From assembly GCA_032718475.1 (NCBI GenBank), contig JAUCBJ010005560.1:2861-66860 (forward strand): DNA of 64,000 nt, in the 5' to 3' direction. This DNA is from Nemertoderma westbladi. Lineage: Eukaryota > Animalia > Xenacoelomorpha. The position numbers and the translations under genes were made by a program. The notes under the pieces are model-generated. The model saw only the letters and a list, made by a program, of their open reading frames with translations. It made no database searches and was not told where the DNA came from. This document shows positions 60,562 through 64,000 of this stretch, piece by piece; the first letter of the stretch is position 1, and every line of letters begins with the position of its first letter.

Positions 60562-60779
60562 GTAAACTGACCAGTGAAGTGGCAGCGCGAAAAGTCCGTG
60601 AGGAAACTTTACAGGAGTCAATAACCTCAAAGGAGTCCACAATAAAGGACATGAAGACGGAATGTGATGACATCAGAAATGATTTGAACGACACTTTACA
60701 CAAGTTGTCTCAAAGAGACGAAACTCTAAAGAAAGTTCATAATGAAATGAACAAATTTAAACAACATTTTAAAGAAAAG
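60562..60779 (+). CDS. Host exon 13 (218 nt): GKLTSEVAAR...QHFKEK
   Basis: aattgcag| acceptor whose phase completes exon 12, AAG|gtaaga donor. Confidence 0.85.
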
Positions 60780-61211
60780 GTAAGATTTAACCCAAACCCA
60801 GTATAGCCGTAAAAGTATATACATTAATACATAATGAAAATAACCTAAGTGGTCCTTTTCTTATTAGGCCTACTATCTGTCGGATATTTATTTATTGGAA
60901 GGACGAGCATTTCAAATGAATTATTTAGTTTAATTTAATTTGTCATTATCTATATATGCAATGTTTGTGGGGTCACAGAAACTACCTTAGATCAATATCA
61001 CGTTGCAGGTCTGCACAGTAGTTTTATTAAACAGTTAATCATCAAGAGCTCAATGTCTGTTAGTCCGGCAGCAAAATGCAGAGATTTTGGTGAACCGTGA
61101 TTTTTATTCCCATAAAATGTTTCATCGGTTTAGTACTTATTAGTTAGACCCTACTAGACAATATTTAGGAGGGTGTCGCCACTACAACCTTGAGCATTTC
61201 TCATAAATCGT

Positions 61212-63610
61212 GTTACCATGGTTGCCCGGGGGGGGGGGGGGGGGGGGGGGTTATCTGCAGCTGCAATGTTTTAAACACACATTGGTTACCACGTGTTACC
61301 ATGGTTACACACAATGGTTACAGGATTTACGCCAAACTTGATTAAACCAATGATTGCGAATTCGATGAGCTCATTCTCATATCACTGTTACCCTGACAAC
61401 CGTTGCTAGGGGCAGTGATCTTCTGTTCACGCCTTAGCAACACCAACTTATGCATTATACGATCTCAGTCAATGTATATTCCCTCAGTATATCGCGCATT
61501 GAACTTGAATTCGAGTCACAGTTATTATGACAACCGTTTGCTAAGGGAACTACTGTAGTATATCATTGCAACCAGCGACCTAAGGGGCTCATTATATGAC
61601 TATATGATGGTACTGTTTCAACATACCCCCGATGTATCGTACATAGTGTGTTCATTGAACTTGTTTCCAGTCACACCGGGACAACCGTTGATACAGTAGA
61701 TAGATATATAGATATTAATTGACAGCAGATTTGATTTAGCTAATGTTAGCATTACAAGCTTAATATATTATTATTTTGTGTCTAATTGTGTTTGCTTATT
61801 TATGAAGTACAATATTATGTGATATTGTCTCAGTTATGAATGGAACAATCAACATTTGATTTCACCCTATCAATACGCGTACAATACCACAATAATTATA
61901 ATATTATAAAGTAATACTACACTACTAATATATAAATTATTATGTGATATATATATTATGATTATTAAATTTCTAATTATATATAATATAATATATTGAA
62001 GTGAACACTTTTGATAAGGCGGCATACATAAAGGACGTCCGAGGTCAGGGGGGGGGGGGGGGGGGGGGGGGCTAAACTCGGACGTCCGATTTTTTTATTT
62101 TTGTGTAATATTGTTTCACTCTATTTATTTCAGTGTTATTATTATTATTATATATATTATTATTAATATTATTTATTTGTGTCACTCTTTTTATTTTTAT
62201 TTTATTTTTTTGTTGTATGAGACCACGCAACCTTCGCACAAACAGATCGGTTGCCCGACCTCAGTACCCAAACCTACAGATAATGGGCCTGGCATCGTCA
62301 GCAGTTGCAGGATCCACCGGGTGAATCACCTCTAGGGGAACAACAGCTGGTACCCCGTCCTCACGACTACTGCTCGGACGCCCCCTCCTAGCGGCTTGAA
62401 CATCAATGAGCTTGCGTTGGATCATCGCATCATTATGTTCTTATATGATCCTGGTATCTGATCTCTCCTGGTATCTGATCTCTCCTGGTATCTGATCTCT
62501 CCTGGTATCTGATCTCTCCTGGTATCTGATCTCTCCTGGTATATGATCTCTCCTGGTATCTGATCTCTCCTGGTATCTGATCTCTCCTGGTATCTGATCT
62601 CTCCTGGTATCTGATCTCTCCTGGTATCTGATCTCTCCTGGTATCTGATCTCTCCTGGTATCTGATCTCTCCTGGTATCTGATCTCTCCTGGTATCTGAT
62701 CTCTCCTGGTATCTGATCTCTCCTGGTATCTGATCTCTCCTGGTATCTGATCTCTCCTGGTATCTGATCTCTCCTGGTATATGATCTCTCCTGGTATCTG
62801 ATCTCTCCTGGTATCTGATCTCTCCTGGTATATGATCTCTCCTGGTATCTGATCTCTCCTGGTATCTGATCTCTCCTGGTATCTGATCTCTCCTGGTATC
62901 TGATCTCTCCTGGTATCTGATCTCTCCTGGTATCTGATCTCTCCTGGTATCTGATCTCTCCTGGTATCTGATCTCTCCTGGTATCTGATCTCTCCTGGTA
63001 TCTGATCTCTCCTGGTATCTGATCTCTCCTGGTATCTGATCTCTCCTGGTATCTGATCTCTCCTGGTATCTGATCTCTCCTGGTATCTGATCTCTCCTGG
63101 TATCTGATCTCTCCTGGTATCTGATCTCTCCTGGTATCTGATCTCTCCTGGTATCTGATCTCTCCTGGTATCTGATCTCTCCTGGTATATGATCTCTCCT
63201 GGTATCTGATCTCTCCTGGTATATGATCTCTCCTGGTATCTGATCTCTCCTGGTATCTGATCTCTCCTGGTATCTGATCTCTCCTGGTATCTGATCTCTC
63301 CTGGTATCTGATCTCTCCTGGTATCTGATCTCTCCTGGTATCTGATCTCTCCTGGTATCTGATCTCTCCTGGTATCTGATCTCTCCTGGTATATGATCTC
63401 TTATGAGTCCTATAATGCTTAAATTGATGTTAGTTATGGCGTTGACTGACGATTACTCCCCTTAACAACGGTTGCTATGACAACAATGGTTCGGGACCGG
63501 GTTCATTGGATTGACAATCATCGATAGAAACTAATTTGGTGTAAAATTTATAGATATTGAGTGTTTATAATAGCGGTTGCTAGGGTCTCATTCGCTGTTG
63601 ACATGGAAAC
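61212..63610. promoter_or_regulatory. Cluster of RFX X-box-like motifs
   Basis: GTTACCATGGTTAC 61295, GTTACCCTGACAAC 61387, GTTATTATGACAAC 61521, GTTGCTATGACAAC 63471, GTTGACATGGAAAC 63597. Confidence 0.45.
62450..63401. repeat. 17-bp minisatellite, about 56 copies
   Basis: Unit cctggtatctgatctct. Confidence 0.95.
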
Positions 63611-64000
63611 ACGTTTTATTCAAATTGCTCAAGGCTGAGAGAGCGACACCCTCCCTAATATCGATTAGTATGGTATTGTGTGAGAGAGCGACACCCCCAT
63701 ATCGATCAGTATGGTATTGTGGTTACGAAACTGATGAAACATTTTATGGGTAGAAAATCGCAGGTTCACTCTGCTGCCGGACTATGTCTACATTATATCT
63801 CTATTGACAATGCAGTTAAAATTGTTGTTTTCTGTTGTAATTTGGAGTTGCGATTTGCTATAAGAACACTCTGTCGCCAGGCTTCACAGCTATGCTTGAG
63901 AAAATGTATTTGGGTAATCGAAAAAAGGCATAGAGAAGCCTCAGTTTAGTAAAATACCAATTTTACCGACATTCAGAGTATTTTTTTGTTGGATGGAAAG

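Larger units (their letters stand above)
560..60779 (+). other. Host multi-exon gene, long coiled-coil protein (partial; 13 exons, 2082 nt, about 694 aa in window)
   Basis: 13 exons bounded by AG/GT join into one stop-free frame rich in E/K/Q/L with heptad character. 11 of the 12 internal introns are phase 0. The exon 12/13 junction is phase 1 and matches (G+GT = Gly). No family could be assigned by eye. Confidence 0.85.

Noticed and set aside
560-60779. Naming the host gene (for example CCDC18- or PMFBP1-like)
   Set aside because: Only generic coiled-coil composition is visible and I recognise no diagnostic motif; a homology search is needed.
16979-62071. Long polyC/polyG runs (for example near 16979, 17974, 26746, 58932, 61228, 62047)
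   Set aside because: Simple homopolymers, several within TE fragments. Their lengths are unreliable and no function can be supported.

Overview
Animal (invertebrate-like) genomic DNA; nothing prokaryotic and no CRISPR. One + strand multi-exon gene for a long coiled-coil protein runs across the window. I traced 13 GT-AG exons from 560 to 60779 that splice into one open frame of about 694 aa, and the gene probably continues beyond both ends. Its introns hold eight intact genes with intronless CDSs: DTYMK, FERD3L/Fer3, MAK16, SAP30(L), TAF10, an anion-type Cys-loop receptor, a 358-aa orphan ORF and a kinase-less DAPK1-like Roco protein. The introns also contain two LINE RT remnants, tRNA-derived Nin/Deu-type SINEs, several MITEs and large tandem arrays. 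The origin of the two large arrays can be read from the sequence. An 8.8-kb, 53-bp array is an amplified copy of the host's own exon 4 end and splice donor. A 10.9-kb, 44/45-bp array is an internal amplification of the B-box segment of a SINE whose monomer lies at 21341-21621. Gene identities come from recognising the translated sequence, not from database searches. Exon numbers refer to this window only.
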